Below, piece by piece: positions 1 to 8,955 of a stretch of DNA of 64,000 bases. Under the pieces are notes generated by a model. The model saw only the letters and a program-made list of their open reading frames with translations, was not told the DNA's origin and ran no database searches. Within the stretch, counting starts at the first letter, position 1. Each line of letters opens with the position of its first letter. Position numbers and translations under genes: made by a program. The stretch comes from a virus. The DNA lies in IMG/VR virus record IMGVR_UViG_3300020045_017904, positions 29,657 through 93,656 of that record; one strand, 5' to 3'.

Positions 1-734
1 TCATCCCCTAAATCAAATAGAGATATTAAAGCTGCCCTCCTTATACCACCAGATAATACTGCATCTGCTTCATGACATATTATATCATGACATTCTAAAG
101 AAGTTAATTTTTCTCCGTTTTGTTTTCTATCTAATATTTTTTGGATATGAAATAAACATTCTTTTAATGGTTCTGGACCTGGGGCTAAACCTCCTGCTGT
201 TTTTAATGGGGTTCCCTTTGGTCTTATATCTCTATAATCAAAATTTGGCCTTGCCCCACCAACTAAGTAAGATTTTATTAAAAATTTAATAGCATCTGCC
301 CATCCTTCAATATTATCACTAATTAAATATCGTTTTGTTTTTGTAGGCAGTTTAATTTCTGGAAGTTTATCAATATTATGATATTGAACACTATATCCAA
401 CCCCACAACCACTTAATAACAAAAACATTATTTCAGAAAAACATCTATAATTATCAATTGGACAGAAACAACAATTATAAAGCCTTGCATTATTTATCCC
501 AACAGGTTTTCCAGCAAATTGTAAACTACGCATTGATGGTAATATTTTTTTATCATATACCATTTTATAATTTTCCTCAATTTCATCTTTCAATAGAGGA
601 AATTTTTCAATATGCATTATTTTATTTCTTGTTACTATTTCATTCCATGTTTCTCTGCGTTGTTGTTCGGGTAGGTATTTAGAGTATTTCTGATGTATTA
701 TTATGTCTGATAGAATTTGTTGGGATATATTCAT
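1..734 (-). CDS. nrdJ: Class II (adenosylcobalamin-dependent) ribonucleotide reductase, N-terminal part; runs off the window
   Basis: Not in the ORF track; translated by hand from ATG at 734: MNISQQILSD...RRETW...ILPSMRSLQFAG...LYNCCF...MFLLLSGCGVGYSVQ...IEGWADA...FDYRDIRPKG...GGLAPGPEPL...VLSGGIRRAALISLF. These are hallmark motifs of monomeric NrdJ/RTPR. Confidence 0.9.
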   Translation of the reverse strand, partial: MNISQQILSDIIIHQKYSKYLPEQQRRETWNEIVTRNKIMHIEKFPLLKDEIEENYKMVYDKKILPSMRSLQFAGKPVGINNARLYNCCFCPIDNYRCFSEIMFLLLSGCGVGYSVQYHNIDKLPEIKLPTKTKRYLISDNIEGWADAIKFLIKSYLVGGARPNFDYRDIRPKGTPLKTAGGLAPGPEPLKECLFHIQKILDRKQNGEKLTSLECHDIICHEADAVLSGGIRRAALISLFDLGD

Positions 735-759
735 TTTGTTTTTGTTGTAATTATAAATA

Positions 760-2148
760 TTATTGTATGTTTTTTTCTAATTCAAAAAATTTATTTTTTA
801 AGTAATCTTTTTCATTCTTATTTATTCCCCCATAATTTTTATCTTTGGGTTTATCATAATCATCATCTAAATCATATTCATTTTCATCAATTTCAATATG
901 ACCTGTTCTTGTATCAATTTTTGGGGCAAAATAAGTAACTCCATCAATTCCATATCTATTCCCCATAAAATGAAATCTCCCTGTTCCATTTAATCTATCT
1001 TTTCTTCCTCTGGCTAAAGAAATAACTATATCCCCTATCATTAATTTATCATAAGATCCTCCTATATGAACACTTTCTAATATTTCTTTTTCAGCACCTG
1101 TTCTATTAGCTTGAGAAGGAGAACAAACAGGAATATTTTTTTCTCTTGCTAATCCTTTAGCATCAGTAAAAACATCATCAGTATCATCTTTTCTTTCTTT
1201 TCTTGATTTTTTATTCCTCAATAAGTCTAAATAATCAATATATAAACCCCCAATTTCAATCCCTTCTTGATCTTGTACTTGTTCAAAATGATGTTCAATT
1301 GTAGATAATGATGCTCTTTTAGGAGAATACCCTTTTATAATTATCTTTCCAGGGATAGTTGACATTACTTCTTCAACTTTATCTCTATGGTTTATTATTT
1401 CATCAACAGGTATTCCTGTAAAATATGAATCAAATCTTAATCCAACATATGATTCACTTAATTCTAATGAATAATATATAACATTTTTTCCCATTCTTGC
1501 GGCTTCTGCAGCCATTGCAACTAATGCCCAAGATTTACCACCTTTTGGATTCCCAAATATTAATACTAAATCTCCGTTACCATATCCCCCTTGAGTTATT
1601 TTATTAAATGTTGGCCATGGAAATGGGATTGGGCTCCTACTATCTTCTCTATATCTGGTTTCAATATCTTTTTCATATAAATGACCTATATCTTCATTTT
1701 TACCTGCTTTTGAAGCATTATTTATTAATTCTCTTATTGAATCATACTCACCAGCATTTAATAAATCAACAGAACTTAATAATGCTTTTTTTAGTTGTTG
1801 GTTTTTACAAAAATTACTAAATTCATTTTCAACATATTCTAAATCATCTGAATCTGATGATTTATATGCTTCCTTTATTTGTTCTTTAATAGATAATTGT
1901 AAAGCATCATTATCTATTTTTTTAACCTCTGTTTTTAGAGCATCAATAGAAATTGTAGTATGATATTTTTCATAAAATTCTAAAATTTGATTAATAATCC
2001 ATTTTTGCCCAGAATTTCCAAAATATTCATCACTTAAAACATCATGAATACTAATAAGAAATTTCTTATTTGTTAAAAGCCCTGATATAACTTTTGTTTG
2101 AAAACTTAAACCATAAGCTTCTATACTATTTAATGTTCCTATAACCAT
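760..2148 (-). CDS. Replicative DNA helicase (DnaB / T4 gp41-like)
   Basis: Walker A GNPKGGKS, YSLELSE, Walker B LYIDYLDLL and SQANR motif; sits in the replication cluster. Confidence 0.9.
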   Translation of the reverse strand: MVIGTLNSIEAYGLSFQTKVISGLLTNKKFLISIHDVLSDEYFGNSGQKWIINQILEFYEKYHTTISIDALKTEVKKIDNDALQLSIKEQIKEAYKSSDSDDLEYVENEFSNFCKNQQLKKALLSSVDLLNAGEYDSIRELINNASKAGKNEDIGHLYEKDIETRYREDSRSPIPFPWPTFNKITQGGYGNGDLVLIFGNPKGGKSWALVAMAAEAARMGKNVIYYSLELSESYVGLRFDSYFTGIPVDEIINHRDKVEEVMSTIPGKIIIKGYSPKRASLSTIEHHFEQVQDQEGIEIGGLYIDYLDLLRNKKSRKERKDDTDDVFTDAKGLAREKNIPVCSPSQANRTGAEKEILESVHIGGSYDKLMIGDIVISLARGRKDRLNGTGRFHFMGNRYGIDGVTYFAPKIDTRTGHIEIDENEYDLDDDYDKPKDKNYGGINKNEKDYLKNKFFELEKNIQ

Positions 2149-2151
2149 TTT

Positions 2152-3189
2152 TTAATTTATATTTTCTAATTCTAAAAATATTTCATTTATCCAATTATCT
2201 ACATTTCTAATTGAATTATTTAATCCATCATCTTTATATAATTTCATAAAATCTTTTTTATTTAATTTAGGAATATTTGTTTCTGCAAATTGTTCCAATC
2301 CATTTTTTTCCTCATCATCAATAATTGGATTTTTTAAATCCATTATTTTATAATTTCTTTTAATGTTTTCTTTTTCAAATAATATTCTTGCATAAATTAA
2401 ATGTTCTTTATACCTCTTTTCACAAATATTAAATATATCTTCTAAAGAAACATACTTTAAATTTAATTCTGGGAAGTATTTTTTTAATTTTTTCTCTCCT
2501 AATCCTTTAATTCCTGATATTTTGTCTGAATTATCACCTAATAATGTTTTATAAATAATAAAATTTTCAGATAATAATTTAAATTTATTTCTTACTGAAC
2601 TACTATCATAAAATTCCTTTTCTGATGGTCTATAAACTATAACATTATCATTTACCAGTTGTATAAAATCGTTATCATTTGAAACTATAACAACAGTTGA
2701 ATTGTGTTTTTCTTTAAAAAAAGAACTATAATGAGCTATAACATCATCTGCTTCTACTTTGTCAATACTTAATGTTTTAACAGGTAAACATTTAAGATAA
2801 TGAATTAATCTTATTACTTGGGAAATCTTTGCATCTTGTTCTTCCTCAATATTTTCAAATGCATCCCAATTCGTAACTCTATTAACATTTCTTCCAGATT
2901 TATATTCAGGAAGTAAATTTTTTCGATTTTGTGATGAACCTAATCCATCAAAAACAACATAAACAGAAGTGGGTTGGATGATTCTAATTAAAGCTCCTAA
3001 AGATCTTAAAGATCCACTCAACCCACCAATATGATTACCTGATTCATTTATGAAATTTACCATAGCAAAATTTCTCATAAATAAATTCAATCCATCTATT
3101 AATAAAACTTTTTCATGTTTATTCCTTTTAGGATTATTATTTTCAATAGTAACATTATTTAATACTTTTAATAAATCAGATTTATTCAT
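2152..3189 (-). CDS. 5'-3' exonuclease / RNase H (FEN family, T4 rnh-like)
   Basis: LLIDGLN, VVFDG, YKSGR, EADDVIA, SNDNDFIQL and LGDNSDKISGIKGLG motifs. Confidence 0.92.
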   Translation of the reverse strand: MNKSDLLKVLNNVTIENNNPKRNKHEKVLLIDGLNLFMRNFAMVNFINESGNHIGGLSGSLRSLGALIRIIQPTSVYVVFDGLGSSQNRKNLLPEYKSGRNVNRVTNWDAFENIEEEQDAKISQVIRLIHYLKCLPVKTLSIDKVEADDVIAHYSSFFKEKHNSTVVIVSNDNDFIQLVNDNVIVYRPSEKEFYDSSSVRNKFKLLSENFIIYKTLLGDNSDKISGIKGLGEKKLKKYFPELNLKYVSLEDIFNICEKRYKEHLIYARILFEKENIKRNYKIMDLKNPIIDDEEKNGLEQFAETNIPKLNKKDFMKLYKDDGLNNSIRNVDNWINEIFLELENIN

Positions 3190-3794
3190 TATTTATCTCC
3201 TTTATCTCTATTTCCTATTTCATTCATATATCCTAAATTTTGTGCTATTTCTGTTGTTTTAAATAATGGTTGTAAATTTGTGTAGTGGAAACATTTTTCT
3301 TGTTCCTCTAATTTTGTTAAATTAAATTTCACACAGGGTAATATATGATCTATTTCCCAAATTTCACCATGGTTTAACCATGTCATTTCGGGTTTAAATT
3401 GAGATTCGAGATAAATTTTAAGTTGTTCAACAGAACAACCTATTAAATTTAAAACTGATGTTTTCTTATTTTCATTTTTAATAGATTTCCAAAACCTCCC
3501 TCTTAATATTTTTCTTAATTTATGCTGTATATCATTTTTCCATTTATTTTTATTATATATATTTTGTTTTTCTCTATTTTCTGATTTGTATTTTTTATCG
3601 TATTTTTTAAATTCTTCTATTTCATTAATTCTTTTTTCTTTATGATATTTTAATTGCTTATCCCTATTTTTTTGGTCATATTCTCTTTTACATTCTTTAC
3701 AATGAGAATTCCTGCCCAATTTCCCTTTTTTATCTAAACTAAAGTCATTTAATATTTTTTTATTATTACACTTCCTACAAAATTTGGTTTCCAT
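3189..3794 (-). CDS. HNH / endonuclease VII-like free-standing endonuclease, copy 1
   Basis: N-terminal CxxC...CxxC, Lys-rich linker, WEIDHILP...CFHYTNLQPL. Confidence 0.75.
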   Translation of the reverse strand: METKFCRKCNNKKILNDFSLDKKGKLGRNSHCKECKREYDQKNRDKQLKYHKEKRINEIEEFKKYDKKYKSENREKQNIYNKNKWKNDIQHKLRKILRGRFWKSIKNENKKTSVLNLIGCSVEQLKIYLESQFKPEMTWLNHGEIWEIDHILPCVKFNLTKLEEQEKCFHYTNLQPLFKTTEIAQNLGYMNEIGNRDKGDK

Positions 3795-3827
3795 AATATT
3801 TTATTATAAATATGTGGAAAGCCTCTT

Positions 3828-4946
3828 TTATTCAAAATCAACTAGATTTGTAATATCTTCTTTTTCATTCCATTCAGAAGAATCTTCTGTTATTTTGTAT
3901 TCCCCTTCTCCTAAAATATTTACCCATTCTTGGGAATGTAATTTTTTATATTTTGTTAATGAATTAGGCGTATCATCTATAAAACCATGTATTGTACTAA
4001 CAACTGTTCCTTTGGTAGTAATACCAGTAACATGATTCTTGTCACAAGATATTTTTGTTCTTAAAGCATATTCTACCTCTTTTCCATTTTTTACAGCTTT
4101 TATTTTTGAAGTACCACTATTTGTTACATTTCCAAAAGTTAAAACTAAAGAAGAATCATAAAAAAATGTATTACCTCCTTTATTTGTCATTCTTGGTCTT
4201 GACATTGGTCCTTCAGCTGGAGAAACTCCTGTTTTATTAACAATTAAAAATGTATTCGTGTATTTTTTATCTTCTTTTCTTGATAATATTATTTTTTGAT
4301 TTATAAAATTACCAAAATTAGTTGCAATACTTCCTGCGACCCACATTGGATTGTTTTTGTTTTGTTCAATACTCATTTGACATGTTATAGAACCAACACT
4401 ATCCCAAGCTATTAATAAATCATAAGGTAAATTTCCTTTATTTTGTTCATCTAATAAATCTAAAATAAAATTAGCTATATCTTCTGTTGTATTAAGAGTA
4501 CTTCTATCTTTATAAATAAAGAAACCTTCATGATTAATAACAACTCCTTTCTCATCTAAAACATCTTCCATTGCAAACCCCATTGTTTTAAAGTGATTAA
4601 AATCATGTTTCATTTCAGTTATTATTAATACAGGAAGAACCCCCATCTTCTGAGCATTAACAACAGTTTCTATAAATGTTGTAGATTTTCCTGTATTAGA
4701 ACCTCCCCTAATCATTGAAATATGACCCATAGGGATACCTGGTATTCCTAAGGCATCTTGTAATGCTTGGGAAAAGGGAATCCATTTCTGTTCTTTAAAT
4801 TTAATATTTCCATTTAATAATTTTTTTTCTTTAAATTTTTCTAAACTAAAATCTTTTTTTAACTCGGAAGAAATAGCCTCAGTTAATGAGGCTTTCTTCT
4901 CTTGTCCTTTTTCCTTCAGCAAAGCTGTTAAATCTTTTTTTGCCAT
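3828..4946 (-). CDS. uvsX: RecA/UvsX-like recombinase
   Basis: PGIPMGHISMIRGGSNTGKST Walker A, WDSVGS Walker B, KGG motif; adjacent to gp32. Confidence 0.85.
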   Translation of the reverse strand: MAKKDLTALLKEKGQEKKASLTEAISSELKKDFSLEKFKEKKLLNGNIKFKEQKWIPFSQALQDALGIPGIPMGHISMIRGGSNTGKSTTFIETVVNAQKMGVLPVLIITEMKHDFNHFKTMGFAMEDVLDEKGVVINHEGFFIYKDRSTLNTTEDIANFILDLLDEQNKGNLPYDLLIAWDSVGSITCQMSIEQNKNNPMWVAGSIATNFGNFINQKIILSRKEDKKYTNTFLIVNKTGVSPAEGPMSRPRMTNKGGNTFFYDSSLVLTFGNVTNSGTSKIKAVKNGKEVEYALRTKISCDKNHVTGITTKGTVVSTIHGFIDDTPNSLTKYKKLHSQEWVNILGEGEYKITEDSSEWNEKEDITNLVDFE

Positions 4947-4955
4947 AAGTTTTAG

Positions 4956-5750
4956 TTATTTTTCGTCTTCTTCAAACAATTTTTCAAATTTATTTGATTT
5001 AGAATTTGATTTTTTAGTTGGTTCATCAACAACACTGCTTGGTGGAGTTACAACTTCTTCTTTATCTTCTGATTCTGGATCTGGGGATAACCAATTTTGA
5101 AGTATTTCTTTCAATGTATCAAAATCATATTTCTTTTGAACTTCTAAAATATTAGGTTGATTTTCAAGCCATGTTTTTATTTGTTCAGCATCTTCACTTA
5201 ATTTTGTAGTTTTAGGTTTTATTCTTAAAGAACATTTAATTCCTTGACGACCACCCACTTCTCCTACAACTGCATCTATTGTGAAATCTCTTCCTTCATT
5301 TACATCGGTATAATCTCCATAATCTTCATCATCAGCTATTCCTAATAATTGATTATAAATCTCTTTTCCAAATTCCCAAAGTCTTACTCCTTTTTCTTCT
5401 TCTCCCCTTACTATAACAGGAGCAAAAATTCTGGTTTTTGGGTATATCTTACCAGCCATTGTCCAATCTTCTTTATCATTGGATTTTTTTAGTTGTTTTA
5501 CAAATTCTACAATTGGATCTTTTTCACCCCAATTAGAAAGAGCAAATATAGGGAATTTTGCAAATCCATAATGCACTAATACTTCTTTAAAAGGCATTTT
5601 TTCGTCCCACTTAGAATTTAAAATTCTTATTTGGTATTTACCTGCTGCTTTTGGTTTCCAATAAATTGTACTGTAGTCAATTTTTTCTTTTTTTTCACCC
5701 TTAGGTGCGTTCATTTCTGTTAATCGGTTTTTGATTGCTTTTAAATCCAT
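4956..5750 (-). CDS. Single-stranded DNA-binding protein (T4 gp32-like)
   Basis: YWKP..G.YQIRIL, DPIVE, VRLWEFGKEIY, TDVNEGRDFTI and an acidic C-terminal tail. Confidence 0.85.
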   Translation of the reverse strand: MDLKAIKNRLTEMNAPKGEKKEKIDYSTIYWKPKAAGKYQIRILNSKWDEKMPFKEVLVHYGFAKFPIFALSNWGEKDPIVEFVKQLKKSNDKEDWTMAGKIYPKTRIFAPVIVRGEEEKGVRLWEFGKEIYNQLLGIADDEDYGDYTDVNEGRDFTIDAVVGEVGGRQGIKCSLRIKPKTTKLSEDAEQIKTWLENQPNILEVQKKYDFDTLKEILQNWLSPDPESEDKEEVVTPPSSVVDEPTKKSNSKSNKFEKLFEEDEK

Positions 5751-5830
5751 TTTCGTTTTTTATTTAAGTTGTTATTTATTTAATTCGTTTGTCTTAGACA
5801 ATATATGTTTTTCCTTTTAAGGAAACTAAT

Positions 5831-6637
5831 TTAAATTTTATTTTTCATTTCCCACTTATACCCAAATGCTGTCTTTTGTCTTTTTTTAATACAAGCTGTA
5901 ATTCCAGAAGCATTTTTTGTTTTATTAAAATATAAATAAGCATCTTTTATGGAATCCCATTCTTTTATTAAATTTCCATCTAAATCATATTGTAATACTG
6001 ATTTTGTATTCCATGGTCTTGGGATACTCATATTTATTTTAGCTTGCTCAGATCTGGGTTTTCTTAATTTTATTTTTCTTTCTTCTGATAATGGTTTTCT
6101 TAATAAATCTTTAGTTTGTTCAGAACAAATAAATCCAGGTTTTCTTCCAAAAGTTTTCCCTTCTTGTAGTATTCTTTTATACCCACTATTTTTATCTTTT
6201 CTTATTTTTCTATTAATTCTCTTTTTACCCAAATTATATTTATGACCTTTATTAAAATTACTTATATAATCTTTTTCTTTTTGAGATTTTGTATGTTTTC
6301 CTTTATTAGATCTACTTATTTTATCTTTAGTTTCCTGAGATTTATATCCACCTTTATAATCTTTTAATTGACAAAATAAAGCATTTTCCCAACCAAACTT
6401 ATCAATAAATTCTTTTTTATATTGATATTCTTTTTCATCTAATTCTTCTAAAGAACATTCTTCAATAATTTCGAAAATATGTTTTTCAAAACCATGTTTT
6501 TTGAGAGATCTATATATTTTTGGTTGAGACAAACATTGTAAATTTTTATATTTACTTTCCCTTAATTTAATATTTAAAGATTGACCAATATAGGATTTAT
6601 TATTGGGATTAGTTATTTTATATATTCCTATTATCAA
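5831..6637 (-). CDS. GIY-YIG homing endonuclease with NUMOD-type C-terminal DNA-binding domains
   Basis: GIYKITNPNNKSYIGQS; C-terminal VLQYDLDGNLIKEWDSIKDA...KTAFGYKW (NUMOD1-like). Confidence 0.88.
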   Translation of the reverse strand: MIIGIYKITNPNNKSYIGQSLNIKLRESKYKNLQCLSQPKIYRSLKKHGFEKHIFEIIEECSLEELDEKEYQYKKEFIDKFGWENALFCQLKDYKGGYKSQETKDKISRSNKGKHTKSQKEKDYISNFNKGHKYNLGKKRINRKIRKDKNSGYKRILQEGKTFGRKPGFICSEQTKDLLRKPLSEERKIKLRKPRSEQAKINMSIPRPWNTKSVLQYDLDGNLIKEWDSIKDAYLYFNKTKNASGITACIKKRQKTAFGYKWEMKNKI

Positions 6638-6638
6638 A

Positions 6639-7082
6639 TTATATATTAATAATATTAAAAATATTAGTTTTTAACTGTTTGAAATTACCATTTTGAGTAA
6701 CTAAAATACTATTTTTATATTTACTCCAATCTATAATAAAATTTTTATCTATTCTCCCCCCATTTAATTCTTTAACTAATGAATTTAATGAATTTAATGA
6801 ATATAATACATTATATTCTTTATTTCTATGAACTGAAATTGTATTAGATGGAATATTATTTATATTTCCAATTTCAATATTATAAGTTATTGCAAATTCT
6901 TCACTATCTTTTATTTGAAGAACAAATATCTTATTATATAAGATTGTATAAACAGATTTTGTATATTCTACAATATTATCTATATCTTCTTTCGTTGTAA
7001 ATGTTAAAAACAATTTATTATTCAACCCTGTTTGTTTATTATACATATTAAAAATATTATTAAAAATTATAATTTTCCCCAA
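6639..7082 (-). CDS. Hypothetical protein (true start probably near MYNKQ)
   Basis: Co-oriented ORF between the polymerase-like gene and the endonuclease; no family recognised. Confidence 0.6.
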   Translation of the reverse strand: MGKIIIFNNIFNMYNKQTGLNNKLFLTFTTKEDIDNIVEYTKSVYTILYNKIFVLQIKDSEEFAITYNIEIGNINNIPSNTISVHRNKEYNVLYSLNSLNSLVKELNGGRIDKNFIIDWSKYKNSILVTQNGNFKQLKTNIFNIINI

Positions 7083-8328
7083 TTTTTATTTTAAAATTTA
7101 AATTATTTTCACGCAAATATTCGTATATTTTTTCCATTGTTTCTTGTTCATTTTTATCAAAATCAAATAACATAGAATCATAACAATATAAAACTATTTT
7201 AGTATTTTTTCCTCTTAAAATTTTAATTATATCCCACATTATTAAAACATTATTAGTTGTTTCTTTTAATTGTAAAACATAATTAAATAATTTATTTGGG
7301 TTCATATTTTCTAATTTTTCTTTATCAAAAATATGACCACTTATTTCATCTTTTATAAAACCTTCTGAATTAAATTTGTTCCATAATTCATTAATATAAA
7401 TTTGAGTTTTTTTAAAAAATTCCCAATCTTTATATTTTTTATTTATATTTCCATATAAATTTCTAAATACTTCTTTTTTTGATTCTTCTAAACTTAAACC
7501 TGAATATTTGGAAAATGTTTCATAAATTGGTTTTTCAAAATTATAATTTACTAATTGGGAAACCAGAAAGGGGTGGTAAGCAGAAAAATCTATTTCGATA
7601 AATTTATTATTTGATGGGATAAAACATTTCCTTACCCCATCTTCTTTATTTAAAGCAGCAAAATTTATTCCATTAAAAGAATTAGATGGTCTTCTTGTTA
7701 GAGTATGCAAATTATATTGTGTATAACACGTCTTGAAACGTATATTAAACATTTGGTTTATATTACCATAGTATTCCGTGAATAATGGTTGTTCTATGTT
7801 AAATCCGTTATTTTCTATATAAAAAAATACTATATCTGCTTTATCATTAAATTTATTTCTTTCAGATGGGAAATATGGTTTGATGTTTTTATAAATTAAT
7901 TCAAATTTTTCATAATGTTTTGTTATAGGAATTATTTTATTTATTTCCAAATTATTAGGATATAAATTGTAAAAATGTTGATAAACGTTATTTGTTATTT
8001 GCTCTAAATTAGGACAATTATATAAAATATCAATACTACTATTTAATTGGAAATAATGTAAAAATTGTTTTTTGTTTCTTACATATAAATTTTCATAAGT
8101 TTTTAAAAAATTCTCAACATCACTAAAATTCAATGACAAAGATTCACTATGATCTAAACATAAAATATATGCTTTTTTAGATTCAATAGGTTTTAAATAT
8201 ATTAAAGATATGTTATTTAAAGAAGGATGTAATAAATCATTATAAGGAATAATTTCAATAAAAGCAGACCTATATTCTTTTAATTGTAATTTTTCCAGTT
8301 GTTCATAACATTCAATTACCCAAAACAT
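7060..8328 (-). CDS. Compact family-A DNA polymerase-like protein
   Basis: Y...TLTRRPSN..N; motif A EIDFSAYHP; motif B SKKEVFRNLYG; NYVLQ..ET; motif C LYCYDSMLFD. Confidence 0.75.
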   Translation of the reverse strand: MFWVIECYEQLEKLQLKEYRSAFIEIIPYNDLLHPSLNNISLIYLKPIESKKAYILCLDHSESLSLNFSDVENFLKTYENLYVRNKKQFLHYFQLNSSIDILYNCPNLEQITNNVYQHFYNLYPNNLEINKIIPITKHYEKFELIYKNIKPYFPSERNKFNDKADIVFFYIENNGFNIEQPLFTEYYGNINQMFNIRFKTCYTQYNLHTLTRRPSNSFNGINFAALNKEDGVRKCFIPSNNKFIEIDFSAYHPFLVSQLVNYNFEKPIYETFSKYSGLSLEESKKEVFRNLYGNINKKYKDWEFFKKTQIYINELWNKFNSEGFIKDEISGHIFDKEKLENMNPNKLFNYVLQLKETTNNVLIMWDIIKILRGKNTKIVLYCYDSMLFDFDKNEQETMEKIYEYLRENNLNFKIKIGENYNF

Positions 8329-8376
8329 ATAACCTTTTTAATATATTAATAAAATAATATAAAATATTAAATTATC

Positions 8377-8952
8377 CTAGTCTTTAAAATATTTAGTATA
8401 ATCTTCTTTTAAAAATGTGGAAAAAGATACTAATTTTAATTTTAATGAATAATATTCAACTATACTTTTATTAGTTTTATAAACTTTTTGTTTATTACCT
8501 TTTATTTTCCAAGGTATTGAAAAAGGAATATATAATTCCCAATTAATAGTGTCTTCTTGATTATTTAATTGATCAAAAGTAATATTATCAATTTCAATAT
8601 AAATTAATTCATTAGATTTTTTACAAAAAAACCTTGTAAAAGTTTCATTATCATAATCTACTGATGTTGGTGAGGGTTGAATAAATAAAGGATTTGTTTT
8701 AGGTAAATTTTTTGATTTTGTAATTATCAAATAATCATAATTATTTCTTTTACTTAAAATTTCTGTATTATATTTTTCCCCTGAGGTAGAAATTAATTCT
8801 TGAGTATTTATATCATCTGGGGTTAATCCACTAAATAATTGACCAGAAGATATTTTATAATAAGGACCATTATAAATTGTCCCATTAGATTTATATACTA
8901 AATCTCCATTACTAAATAATCCTGTTGTTATTTGAGATTGAGGATAGTACAT
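8377..8952 (-). CDS. Hypothetical protein, probably baseplate-associated
   Basis: Immediately downstream of the baseplate hub gene; no firm family call. Confidence 0.5.
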   Translation of the reverse strand: MYYPQSQITTGLFSNGDLVYKSNGTIYNGPYYKISSGQLFSGLTPDDINTQELISTSGEKYNTEILSKRNNYDYLIITKSKNLPKTNPLFIQPSPTSVDYDNETFTRFFCKKSNELIYIEIDNITFDQLNNQEDTINWELYIPFSIPWKIKGNKQKVYKTNKSIVEYYSLKLKLVSFSTFLKEDYTKYFKD

Positions 8953-8955
8953 TTT

